Origin: Eledone cirrhosa
Lineage: Eukaryota
Reading direction: 5' to 3'
Length of the DNA: 64,000 nucleotides
NCBI GenBank assembly: GCA_964016885.1
Contig: CAXHJY010000057.1
Location: forward strand, 1 to 64,000
Under the pieces are notes generated by a model. It did not search any database and was not told the origin of the DNA. It saw only the letters and a program-made list of their open reading frames with translations. This document shows, piece by piece, positions 1 through 12,038 of this stretch (position 1 is the first letter of the stretch; the number at the start of each line of letters is the position of its first letter). The translations under genes were made by a program, and so were the position numbers.

Positions 1-151
1 AAATGCTCTGAAATAGCGATATATATGTGAATATAGACATAGAATATTCGAAAATATTCTGTATGTTTATAATAAACATTTTGAAGACCTAATCGCTATA
101 GAATAGAATACGTCACGTATTACAATTAGATTCTCGATAAAAGCAAGGGAA

Positions 152-194
152 GTAATCTACGCGTTTCATTCTCGTTAGAAATCATCAGGACTAC
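152..194 (-). ncRNA. Type I hammerhead ribozyme, copy 1
   Basis: Minus strand: GTAGTC CTGATGA T-TTCT-AACG-AGAA-T GAAAC GC GTA GATTAC. Stem I GTAGTC/GATTAC, palindromic stem III ACGCGT, GUA cleavage triad. Stem I is extended by a perfect 16-bp helix (130-145 with 203-218). Confidence 0.8.
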
Positions 195-460
195 ATATCC
201 AGTGCTTTTATCGAGAATGACACAGCTAGAGACTTATAGAATACTTAGCTGTGTACAGGAACTGGTTTGAAAGAGCGGTTGCCGGTCCGGCAGAAATTAG
301 AAATTGGAATAAATGCTCTGAAATAGCGATATATATGTGAATATAGACATAGAATATTCGAAAATATTCTGTATGTTTATAATAAACATTTGAAGACCTA
401 ATCGCTATAGAATAGAATACGTCACGTATTACAATTAGATTCTCGATAAAAGCAAGGGAA

Positions 461-503
461 GTAATCTACGCGTTTCATTCTCGTTAGAAATCATCAGGAC
501 TAC
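461..503 (-). ncRNA. Type I hammerhead ribozyme, copy 2
   Basis: Identical to 152-194. Confidence 0.8.
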
Positions 504-769
504 ATATCCAGTGCTTTTATCGAGAATGACACAGCTAGAGACTTATAGAATACTTAGCTGTGTACAGGAACTGGTTTGAAAGAGCGGTTGCCGGTCCGGC
601 AGAAATTAGAAATTGGAATAAATGCTCTGAAATAGCGATATATATGTGAATATAGACATAGAATATTCGAAAATATTCTGTATGTTTATAATAACATTTT
701 GAAGACCTAATCGCTATAGAATAGAATACGTCACGTATTACAATTAGATTCTCGATAAAAGCAAGGGAA

Positions 770-812
770 GTAATCTACGCGTTTCATTCTCGTTAGAAAT
801 CATCAGGACTAC
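770..812 (-). ncRNA. Type I hammerhead ribozyme, copy 3
   Basis: Identical to 152-194. Confidence 0.8.
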
Positions 813-967
813 ATATCCAGTGCTTTTATCGAGAATGACACAGCTAGAGACTTATAGAATACTTAGCTGTGTACAGGAACTGGTTTGAAAGAGCGGTTGC
901 CGGTCCGGCAGAAATTAGAAATTGGAATAAATGCTCTGAAATAGCGATATATATGTGAATATAGACA

Positions 968-1132
968 AGTCCTGATGATTTCTAACGAGAATGAAACGCG
1001 TAGATTACTTCCCTTGCTTTTATCGAGAATCTAATTGTAATACGTGACGTATTCTATTCTATAGCGATTAGGTCTTCAAAATGTTTATTATAAACATACA
1101 GAATATTTTCGAATATTCTATGTCTATATTCA
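968..1132 (+). mobile_element. Inverted partial copy of the 310-bp unit beginning at the HHR (HHR at 968-1008)
   Basis: Reverse complement of unit positions ~28-192; begins AGTCCTGATGA and ends in (TA)n. Confidence 0.85.
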
Positions 1133-1417
1133 TAATATATATATATAATGAGTATGTCTGTATGTATATATATATATAATCATAGAGAAGTGATAGAGAA
1201 GAAAGTGGGGGGGGGGGGGGTAGAGATGAGAGCGAGAGAAAGAGAGTCAGAGAGAGAGAGGGGGAGGGAGAGAGTCACAGAGATAGAGAGGTGTCATGAT
1301 GATACACTTAAAGACTCAAATGATAGCTGAGAACAATGTATCTTTTCTCAATCATATTTCTGTCTCTTGTGATTATTGACAGATATATCATTCTTGAATA
1401 TCCTTATTATCTTGTTA

Positions 1418-4207
1418 TAGCACCAATACACACCTACTGAGCATTAGACATTCAATATGCTCACAAGTCTGAATAAGCTAAGTCATTGCAGATAAGTTAA
1501 TCACACCTGAGGAAGCTAAGCTAGTCAGTCTAATGTTTTAGCAATACACAAAGTTATAGCTGAAGCTAAGTCAGTCTCTAAGGTATAGCTCAAGTTCACC
1601 TGAAAGCTAGCTAAGTCAGTCTATAGTTATAGCAGCACCAATACACCATCTGAGAAGCTAAGCTAAGTCAGTCTCAATTTATAGCACTCAACACATACTG
1701 AGAGCTAAGCTAAGTCATGTCAGACAGTTATAGCACCAATACACCATCTGAGGAGCTAAGCTAAGTAGTCTAAGTTATAGCTCCATACACATTGAGGAGC
1801 TAAGCTAAGTTCAGTCTAGTATCGCACTAATACAACTAGCCTGATAGCTAAGCTTTGTTATAGTCTCAAGTATAGCACCAATACACCATCTGAGGAGCTA
1901 AGCTAAGTCAGTCTCAAGTTATAGCACCAATACACCATCTGAGGAGCTAAGCTAAGTCAGTCTCAAGTTATAGCACCAATACACCATCTGAGGAGCTAAG
2001 CTAAGTCAGTCTCAAGTTATAGCACCAATACACCACCTGAGGAGCTAAGCTAAGTTAGTCTCAAGTTATAGCACCAATACACCATCTGAGGAGCTAAGCT
2101 AAGTTAGTCTCAAGTTATAGCACCAATACACCACCTGAGGAGCTAAGCTAAGTTAGTCTCAAGTTATAGCACCAATACACCATCTGAGGAGCTAAGCTAA
2201 GTCAGTCTCAAGTTATAGCACCAATACACCATCTGAGGAGCTAAGCTAAGTTAGTCTCAAGTTATAGCACCAATACACCACCTGAGGAGCTAAGCTAAGT
2301 CAGTCAAAAGTTATAGCACCAATACACCACCTGAGGAGCTAAGCTAAGTCAGTCAAAAGTTATAGCACCAATACACCACCTGAGGAGCTAAGCTAAGTCA
2401 GTCAAAAGTTATAGCACCAATACACCATCTGAGGAGCTAAGCTAAGTCAGTCTCAAGTTATAGCACCAATACACCACCTGAGGAGCTAAGCTAAGTCAGT
2501 CAAAAGTTATAGCACCAATACACCACCTGAGGAGCTAAGCTAAGTCAGTCAAAAGTTATAGCACCAATACACCATCTGAGGAGCTAAGCTAAGTCAGTCT
2601 CAAGTTATAGCACCAATACACCACCTGAGGAGCTAAGCTAAGTCAGTCTCAAGTTATAGCACCAATACACCATCTGAGGAGCTAAGCTAAGTCAGTCTCA
2701 AGTTATAGCACCAATACACCATCTGAGGAGCTAAGCTAAGTTAGTCTCAAGTTATAGCACCAATACACCATCTGAGGAGCTAAGCTAAGTCAGTCTCAAG
2801 TTATAGCACCAATACACCATCTGAGGAGCTAAGCTAAGTTAGTCTCAAGTTATAGCACCAATACACCATCTGAGGAGCTAAGCTAAGTTAGTCTCAAGTT
2901 ATAGCACCAATACACCATCTGAGGAGCTAAGCTAAGTCAGTCTCAAGTTATAGCACCAATACACCATCTGAGGAGCTAAGCTAAGTCAGTCTCAAGTTAT
3001 AGCACCAATACACCATCTGAGGAGCTAAGCTAAGTTAGTCTCAAGTTATAGCACCAATACACCATCTGAGGAGCTAAGCTATGTCAGTCTCAAGTTATAG
3101 CACCAATACACCATCTGAGGAGCTAAGCTAAGTTAGTCTCAAGTTATAGCACCAATACACCATCTGAGGAGCTAAGCTAAGTCAGTCAAAAGTTATAGCA
3201 CCAATACACCATCTGAGGAGCTAAGCTAAGTTAGTCTCAAGTTATAGCACCAATACACCACCTGAGGAGCTAAGCTAAGTTAGTCTCAAGTTATAGCACC
3301 AATACACCACCTGAGGAGCTAAGCTAAGTCAGTCTCAAGTTATAGCACCAATACACCACCTGAGGAGCTAAGCTAAGTTAGTCTCAAGTTATAGCACCAA
3401 TACACCATCTGAGGAGCTAAGCTAAGTTAGTCTCAAGTTATAGCACCAATACACCACCTGAGGAGCTAAGCTAAGTTAGTCTCAAGTTATAGCACCAATA
3501 CACCATCTGAGGAGCTAAGCTAAGTTAGTCTCAAGTTATAGCACCAATACACCACCTGAGGAGCTAAGCTAAGTCAGTCTCAAGTTATAGCACCAATACA
3601 CCACCTGAGGAGCTAAGCTAAGTCAGTCAAAAGTTATAGCACCAATACACCACCTGAGGAGCTAAGCTAAGTTAGTCTCAAGTTATAGCACCAATACACC
3701 ATCTGAGGAGCTAAGCTAAGTCAGTCTCAAGTTATAGCACCAATACACCACCTGAGGAGCTAAGCTAAGTTAGTCTCAAGTTATAGCACCAATACACCAT
3801 CTGAGGAGCTAAGCTAAGTCAGTCTCAAGTTATAGCACCAATACACCACCTGAGGAGCTAAGCTAAGTCAGTCTCAAGTTATAGCACCAATACACCACCT
3901 GAGGAGCTAAGCTAAGTTAGTCTCAAGTTATAGCACCAATACACCATCTGAGGAGCTAAGCTAAGTTAGTCTCAAGTTATAGCACCAATACACCACCTGA
4001 GGAGCTAAGCTAAGTTAGTCTCAAGTTATAGCACCAATACACCATCTGAGGAGCTAAGCTAAGTCAGTCTCAAGTTATAGCACCAATACACCATCTGAGG
4101 AGCTAAGCTAAGTCAGTCTCAAGTTATAGCACCAATACACCATCTGAGGAGCTAAGCTAAGTCAGTCTCAAGTTATAGCACCAATACACCATCTGAGGAG
4201 CTGAGCT
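1418..4207. repeat. 49-bp minisatellite: ~47 clean copies (1873-4207) plus ~9 degenerate copies on the left
   Basis: Unit AGCACCAATACACCAYCTGAGGAGCTAAGCTAAGTYAGTCTCAAGTTAT with 49-bp period (e.g. 1923 to 1972). Confidence 0.97.
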
Positions 4208-4270
4208 TAGCGTCATAGGCAGGTGGGAGTCTTGTACAGTGTACAAGACACCCACTTGGCTATGACGCTA
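4208..4270. repeat. 31-bp-arm inverted repeat (hairpin) abutting the 49-bp array
   Basis: TAGCGTCATAGGCAGGTGGGAGTCTTGTACA G TGTACAAGACACCCACTTGGCTATGACGCTA, 3 mismatches. Confidence 0.9.
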
Positions 4271-4349
4271 GTCCATCGCAGGTTTTACGTCAGTCTCAGG
4301 TCAGGAGGCTCGCCAGGCCAGTGCTTATCCCAGTCATTGGAGCGACATG

Positions 4350-4573
4350 ACATTGTTTTCTTTCCAAGGACTATGTTAAAAAATAAACCTCATTTGGTCA
4401 TTCCATGAGAGTATCTTGGTCATAGGCTGGCTATGAAGGAGTGATGCTAGAGCTGTGAAATTTTGCATGAAACATTTTCACCTCTTCTTATTAATAACTG
4501 CAACGTTTCTTTCCAGGGACTATGTTGGCAAAATAAACCTCAATTGGTCATTCCATGAGAGTATCTTGGTCAG
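4350..4573 (+). repeat. ~150-bp repeat family, 1.5 tandem copies
   Basis: TTTCCAGGGACTATGTT...GGTCATTCCATGAGAGTATCTTGGTCA recurs at ~149 bp spacing; same family at 10659-11165. Confidence 0.85.
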
Positions 4574-4591
4574 TCTATCAACTTTTTAACA

Positions 4592-4718
4592 CGAGTTTAG
4601 CTTTGCCGCTCATCCTTACGGGGTCGATAAAATAAAATACCAGTAATGCACTGGGGTTGATTAAATCATCTTTCCGCTCCCCAAAAAATTGTTGGCCTTG
4701 TGCCTAAATCAGAAACTA
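4592..4718 (+). mobile_element. tRNA-derived SINE (Nin/Deu-like core), 3' half, long variant
   Basis: CATCCTTACGGGGTCGATAAAATAAA.TACCAG core and GGCCTTGTGCCTAAA tail shared with many copies in the window. Confidence 0.85.
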
Positions 4719-5014
4719 CAACCATTACGACCTCTCCACCAACACCACCATTATGACCTCGTTACCTCCACTGCTCCACCGCCATCACCACCAACATCAT
4801 AACCCCCCCCCACACACACACACACAAACAGACACATACACACAATAGACTCCCCGTAACCTCATCACTTCACCACCACCACCACCACCACCAATCTTAT
4901 GATTTCATGAAAAATGTTTCATCAATGAAAATTTTTTTTTAATTCTTTTTCTTCTTCCGTATTTCAACATAGCAACGTGACTCAATTCCCTAGCAACCCA
5001 AACTTGGTGGCGCA

Positions 5015-5860
5015 GGTGGTGTTAATATGAGAGGTGGTGGTGGTGATGGTGGTGGTGGTAGTGTTGGTGGTAGTGTTGGTGGTAGTGGTTGTGTTGGTGG
5101 TAGTGTTGGTGATAGTGGTAGTGTTGGTGGTAGTGTTGGTGATAGTGGTAGTGATGGAGGTGATGGTAGTGTTGGTGGTAGTGTTGGTGGTAGTGTTGGT
5201 GGTAGTGGTAGTGTTGGTGGTAGTGATGGTGGTGGTGGTAGTGGTAGTGTTGGCGGTGGTGGTAGTGTTGGTGGTAGTGGTAGTGTTGGTGGTAGTGGTT
5301 TCGGTAGTGGTAGTGTTGGCGGTAGTGATGGAGGTAGTGTTGGTGGTAGTGGTTGGGTTGGTGGTAGTGGTTGTGTTGGTGGCAGTGATAGTGTTGGCGG
5401 TAGTGGTAGTGGTAGTGTTGGTGGTAGTGATAGTGTTGGTGGTAGTGATAGTGTTGGAGGTAGTGGTAGTGTTGGGGGTAGTGGTAGTGTTGGTGGTAGT
5501 GATAGTGTTGGTGGTAGTGGTAGTGTTGGTGGTAGTGGTAGTGTTGGTGGTAGTGGTAGTGTTGGTGGTAGTGGTTGTGTTGGGGGTAGTGGTAATAGTA
5601 GTGGTATAGGTAGCAGGGTTGTGTTGATAGTAGTGATGATGGTTGTGTTGATGGTAGTGGTAGTAGTACTGTTGGTGGTAGTGGTAATAATAGTGGTATA
5701 GGTAGCAGGCTTATGTTGGTGGTAGTAGTACTGTGGTGGTAGTAGTAGTGATATAAGTAGCGGGGTTGTGTTGGTGGTAATAGTAGTAGTAGTAGTGTTG
5801 GTAGTAGTACTGTGGTGGTAGTAGTAGTGATATAAGTAGCAGGGTTGTGTTGGAGGTAGT
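5015..5860. repeat. GGT/AGT/TGT trinucleotide-based low-complexity tract
   Basis: Direct reading; source of the spurious Gly/Val/Pro/His ORFs. Confidence 0.95.
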
Positions 5861-5974
5861 GTGAATGTTGACACCTTGATAAATTAACGTGTGTTCCATC
5901 AGACATTCCCCCACCCCACACTAAAAATACAGAACTCCCTTTTGTATGTTTAAGCGTCTGTATTTGTCTTTTCG

Positions 5975-6079
5975 CCCAGTGTGTATATATGTCTGTGTAT
6001 ATATGTATATATGTCTGTGTATATATGTATGTGTGGGTATGTATATATATATATATACATGTGTGTGTATATATATGTA

Positions 6080-6116
<37 letters not shown>

Positions 6117-6289
6117 GCCTGTCTGTGTGCATATGTCCATGCAGATATATATATATAACTATATATATGTATGTGTGGGTATATGTATACATATATTTAT
6201 CTGTATATATATATATGTATATATAAGTCTGTGTGTATATATGTCTGTGTGTGTGTATATATATATATATGTTTCTCTCTATATATATT

Positions 6290-6340
<51 letters not shown>

Positions 6341-9208
6341 GTAGTAATAATAATGTGTGTGTCTATGGGTACAGCCTCGTTTCAAACATCACTACCACCA
6401 CCAACACCATCAAATACACCACCACCACCACCACCACAACCACTACTGCTTACACTACTACAAGTGTATTTACTACTACCACCACCACCACCTCAAAACC
6501 ACCACCACCACTACCACTATTAAAACTGTTGTTGTCAATTCTGATGCTGTTGTTATTACTGTTGTTGTCATTTCTGATGCTGTTGTTGTTATTGTTGATG
6601 TTGTTGTTGTTGTTGTTGTTGTTGCTGCTGGTGGTGTTGTTATGGCTGCTGGTGTAATTATTAGTGATACAGTTGACAATGTTGTTGTTGTGACTCTTGA
6701 TGGAAATATTTGAGAAACTGTGGATATTGTTGATGATGATGATGATGCTGGAATTATTAATGGAACTGTTCATAATGTTGTTGATGCTGTTGTTGCTGCT
6801 GCTGATGATGATGTTGATGCTGCTGATGATGATGATGATGTGGCTACTATTGATGGTGATGCTGATGATATTGTTGTTGCTGCTGTTGTTGTGGCTACTG
6901 TTGATGATGATGATGTGGCTACTGTTGATGATGATGATGCTGATGAGGTTGTGGCTACTGTTGATGATGATGCTGATGATATTGTTGCTGATGTTGTTGT
7001 TGTTGTTGTTGTTGCTGTTGTTGTTGCTGTTGTTGTGACTACTGTCTTCATAATGTTGTTGATGTTGATGATGTTGACTGTTGATGGAATGTATAGTGCA
7101 ACTGTTGCTGTTGTTGTTGTTGATATTATTGTTATTATTATTATTGGTTGTTGTTGGTATTGTTATTATTGGTTGTTGTTGTTGTTGATGGTATTGTGAC
7201 TTGATGGAAATATTAGTGCAAATGTTCATATCGTTGTTGTTGTTTTACTGTAGTTGTTATTGTTGTTATTGTTTTACTGTTATTGTTTTACTGTTGTTAT
7301 TGTTTTACTGTTGTTATTGTTGTTATTGTTTTACTGTTGTTATTGTTTTACTGTTGTTATTGTTATTGTTTTACTGTTGTTGTTATTGTTTTACTGTTGT
7401 TGTTGTTATTGTTATTGTTTTACTGTTGTTGTTTTACTGTTGTTGTTGTTATTGTTGTTATTGTTTTACTGTTGTTATTGTTTTACTGTAGTTGTTATTG
7501 TTGTTATTGTTTTACTGTTGTTATTGTTTTACTGTTGTTGTTATTGTTGTTGTCATTGTTTTACTGTTGTTGTTGTTATTGTTGTTGTCATTGTTTTACT
7601 GTTGTTGTTATTATTGTTATTGTTTTATTGCTGTGTTGCTGTTGGTGTTCTTGTTCTTGTTATAGTTCCATATATCATTCACAAGTAGATTTATTTTTAT
7701 TCTTTATTTTCATCGGAGTTATTATTATTATTGTTTTTAACACATTCACACCAACAAGGTCCCTTATCACCAATAAAAATACAGAATCATAAAACCATAT
7801 ACACGACCAAGTCACGTGCCACATAGAGTGCAGACATGTATGTATATATATACATACATACATATATATATATATATACATACACACACAAAAAATGCAT
7901 ACATACATAAATACATACTTGAATACAGGCACACACATATACATATATATATATATATATACACACACATTTCTAGATATATTCACATATATATATATAT
8001 ATAAATATATTCATATACCTAAATATATTCACATATATATATTCATGAATTCATTCATAGAAGCAAATGCGTACATATATACACACACATATATAATTGC
8101 CTGCATTTATTCATTATATATATATATACATACACACACATATATACACACTCACACACACACACATATATATATATACGTACATACATACACACTCACA
8201 CATATACACACACACACACATATATATACACATAGATACATACACACACATATATAGACAATCACATACACACATATATATATATACATACATATACAGA
8301 TACACACATATATATACACACACACATATACATACACACACACACACACATCATAAAACTCATAAATAAACTCCAATTACAGACTTTATAATTACACAAA
8401 GAGGATAAAATGTGAGACAAACACACACAGACACATACACCCACCTACTACACACCCAAGCAGACAGCGACACACACCTACATACACACACAGACAGTCA
8501 AACACACAGACACACACACACACATACAGACACATACACAGCCAAACACACACACACACACACACACGGACACACACAGACACACACAGCCAAACACAGC
8601 GACACACCCACCTACACACACACACATACACATACAAACAGACACAACCACACACACACAGCCAAACACACCCACCTACACACACACACACAGACACACA
8701 CAAACAAAGCCAAACACACACAGCGACACACCTACACACCTACACACACACACACACACACGCACCTATACACCCACGATGCACTCATACATGTCTAAAC
8801 AGCGCGACGCCTGCACACATGCCACGTCTGTGATGTCTCGTGCAGTCTGGTGCAGTCTCGTGCAGTCTCGTGCAGTCTGGTGCATTCCGTTCAGTTTTAA
8901 TCGCATCTCCTGCATTCTTCACATTCCAATAGCGAAATCAGCAACATTCCAGCACGTATATCACTGCTCTCATCTCCTCGTAAAGATGTGTACACAAACA
9001 CTGGTGACACACACATTATACACACATATATATACATATATGTGTATACACACACATGTATATATACACACACACTAACACACGCATATATATATATATA
9101 CACACACACACATACATCTATACACACACATATATACACACGCACATCTATACACACATGTATATACACACACACACATCTATACACACATGTATATATA
9201 CACACATA

Positions 9209-9247
<39 letters not shown>

Positions 9248-9368
9248 GATATATATCTATATATATATATATATATATATACATATATACACACACACTA
9301 ACGGACACACATATATATATATATATATACACGCACAAACTAACACACATATATACACACGCACACAG

Positions 9369-9400
<32 letters not shown>

Positions 9401-9410
9401 TCAGGCTATA
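5975..9410. repeat. Compound microsatellite field (TA, TG/CA, AAT, CAC, GTT/GAT, TTGTTTTACTG repeats)
   Basis: Direct reading. Confidence 0.95.
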
Positions 9411-9507
9411 TAAACACTTGAAGAGTTGAAGCTGATTGTCTCGTAACATCAAACACAGAAGTCATACACCAAAACACCAGGAACGGCTAACGACAACTAC
9501 AATAACA

Positions 9508-9716
9508 AATGTTTCTACTTTAGGCACAAGGCCAGCAATTTGAAGTGTGTGTGTGTTTTTTTTTGGGGGGGGGGGGCTTGGAAAGTCGATTAAATCGACC
9601 TCAGTGCATGACTGGTACTTTAATTTATCGACCCCGTAAGGATGAAAGGCAAAGTTAACCTCGGCGGGATTTGAACTCGGAACGTAAAGGAGTCCAACTA
9701 GGTGCCATAAACATGG
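9508..9716 (-). mobile_element. tRNA-derived SINE, long variant
   Basis: Reverse complement contains B box GAGTTCAAATCC, the core and the tail. Confidence 0.9.
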
Positions 9717-9942
9717 TATATATATATATATTTTTGTATATATATATGTATATATATATATATATATACACATACATATATATATATATACACACACATA
9801 TATATATATTTATACACACACATATATATATATTTATACACACACATATATATATATTTATAAACATATATATATACACACACACATATATATATACACA
9901 CACACATATATATATATATATAAATACACACATATATGTATG

Positions 9943-10069
<127 letters not shown>

Positions 10070-10658
10070 CATACACTCACGCATACAGATTTCCAAACAA
10101 ATCTTCAACAAAAAAAAAATAATAATAAAGTAGACACACAAAAAAGGCCTCAACTGATATAAAAAAAAAAACTATTCTAAGACAAAGATGTTGATTTCGT
10201 CTGGTCGTTTATTATTCATAAGCTATGTGAAATCAGCTTTACCTGAATAAAATAACAACCTATACCGATATAATATTACTGGACTGTTTGATTGATTGGC
10301 TTAATTATTTTGTTCTTATCTTCTTTGTTTGATTTCTGATGTTGTGGTTTACTATCACGTGAGAGGAGTGAGAATTTTAAAATATTAAAGAACCCCACAT
10401 CTCATTAGTAAAGTCGCAGCCTGAGATACTGAAAGGACAGAGTTTAACAACCGAGCCAAAAAAATGTATTTCAGTTTTTTCTTAGTTCAAATACTTCCAA
10501 TGTTAAATTTGATTTTTATTCTTTGGAGCTCAATAAACGAAGTTTATTGACCTCCAAGACTGTGGCCTGTTGAGACACCGGGCTCGAAAGAGACTTAACC
10601 TGTGATGGACTGGTGTCTTGTCCAGGAGAGAGTCTTGTACTCTCTATCACTAAGTAAC

Positions 10659-11165
10659 GGTCATTCCATGAGAGTATTTTGTCAGCCTATGAATTAATTA
10701 TGTTAGGGTTGTGAAATCTTGCAAGCATTAATTTCAACTCTTGTTCTTAATAACTGCATTGTTTCTTTCCAGGGACAATGTTGAAAAATGAACCACATTT
10801 GGTCATTCCATGAGAGTATCTTGGTCATAGGCAGGCTATGAAGGTGTGATGCTAGAGCTATGAAATCTTACATGCGTTAATTTCAACTCTTCTGATTAAT
10901 AACTGCATTGTTACTTTCCAGGGACTATGTTGGAAAACGTTATTAATAAGAGGAGTTGAAATTAATGCATACATGATTTCACAGCTCTAGCATCACACCT
11001 TCATAGTCAGCCTATAACCAAGATACTCTCATGGAGTGACCAAATGAGGTTCATTTTTCAACATTGTCACTGGAAAGAAACAATACAGTTATTAATAAAA
11101 CGAGTTGAAATGAATGCATGCATGATTTCACAGCTCTAGCATCACTCCTTCACAGTCAGCTTATG
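10659..11165. repeat. ~150-bp repeat family arranged as a foldback (about 2 copies +, then 1.5 copies -)
   Basis: Orientation flips at ~10940; 10940-11165 is the reverse complement of the unit at 10760-10905. Confidence 0.85.
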
Positions 11166-11427
11166 GAAATTTCCAGCCTTCTCTCGTAGACTTACGTTAG
11201 TTTCTCAAATCTTGTCTGTTTGTCTGTTAGTCTTCAAAATCCAATATATATTTCCAACAAAATGGCGCCGTTTTATGTACAGGTTGGTTTGCTTTTACAT
11301 CTTAACGCCTCACTGCATCTTTTTAAGAATTCCTACAATTTAAACATCTGTATAACTTCGGAAGGTTATAAATGGCATCTGGTAATGTAATATGTTGCAG
11401 CTCTGCATATATATATCTGTGCGTGTG

Positions 11428-11635
11428 TAGGAAAAGGTATTACCCCGACGGCAGAGCTCAAGCCGTTTCGACGGCTATTTCAGGACTCAAATAGCCGTCC
11501 TGAAAGAGCCATCGAAACGGCTTGAGCTCTGCCGTCGGGGTCATACCTTTTCATATCACCCACTCTACTACCCTAAGTATTGAGTACTCTGGTGCGTTAT
11601 GGTCCACCTTGTTCCTTACCACAATTCCCTCGTTA
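11428..11635 (+). mobile_element. ~190-200 bp hairpin-plus-tail element in TA repeats, copy 1
   Basis: ACCCCGACGGCAGAGCTCAAGCCGTTTCGA...TCGAAACGGCTTGAGCTCTGCCGTCGGGGT hairpin plus tail ...AAGTATTGAGTACTCTGGTGCG...TCGTTA; 4 copies in the window. Confidence 0.85.
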
Positions 11636-11654
11636 TATATATATATATATATAC

Positions 11655-11685
<31 letters not shown>

Positions 11686-11780
11686 CATCTATTTATGTAT
11701 ATAGTTTCTTGTGAATCTAACTATTAATGCATCCCTCTTATTCAACATACTCACACACACACATATATATATATATATAT

Positions 11781-11881
11781 ACAGATTTGTCCCTCAAAAA
11801 TGTATACACACTTATTACCTGTACAGGCAATATTTATTAGAATGTGGTTGAAGTGTGTATACATTTTTGTGGACAACCTAT
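11781..11881. mobile_element. ~100-bp Tc1/mariner-like MITE
   Basis: Degenerate TIRs CAGGGTGTCCCAAAAAATGTATACACAC flanked by TA; copies at 15534, 52310 and 59858. Confidence 0.7.
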
Positions 11882-11902
11882 ATATATATCGTTATGTATA
11901 TT

Positions 11903-11959
<57 letters not shown>

Positions 11960-11994
11960 CATGAATGGGAACTCTTTATACATGCCCACACACA

Positions 11995-12038
<44 letters not shown>

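Larger units (their letters stand above)
1..967 (-). mobile_element. Tandem array of 309-310 bp units (3.1 copies, truncated by window start), each carrying a type I hammerhead ribozyme; retrozyme / Penelope pLTR-like
   Basis: Unit AAATGCTCTGAAATAGCG... restarts at 1, 311, 620 and 929; copies differ only by single-base indels; HHR core on the minus strand of each full unit. Confidence 0.8.

Noticed and set aside
1939-1960. CTGAGGA-GC-TAA-GC in the 49-bp unit as a hammerhead core
   Set aside because: Followed by TAAG rather than GAAA; no stems I or III
1418-4207. CRISPR-like array
   Set aside because: Units are contiguous with no unique spacers, there are no cas genes, and the context is eukaryotic
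4990-7792. Long Gly/Pro/His/Val/Asn-rich ORFs
   Set aside because: Open in several frames on both strands because trinucleotide repeats lack stops; no splice or domain evidence
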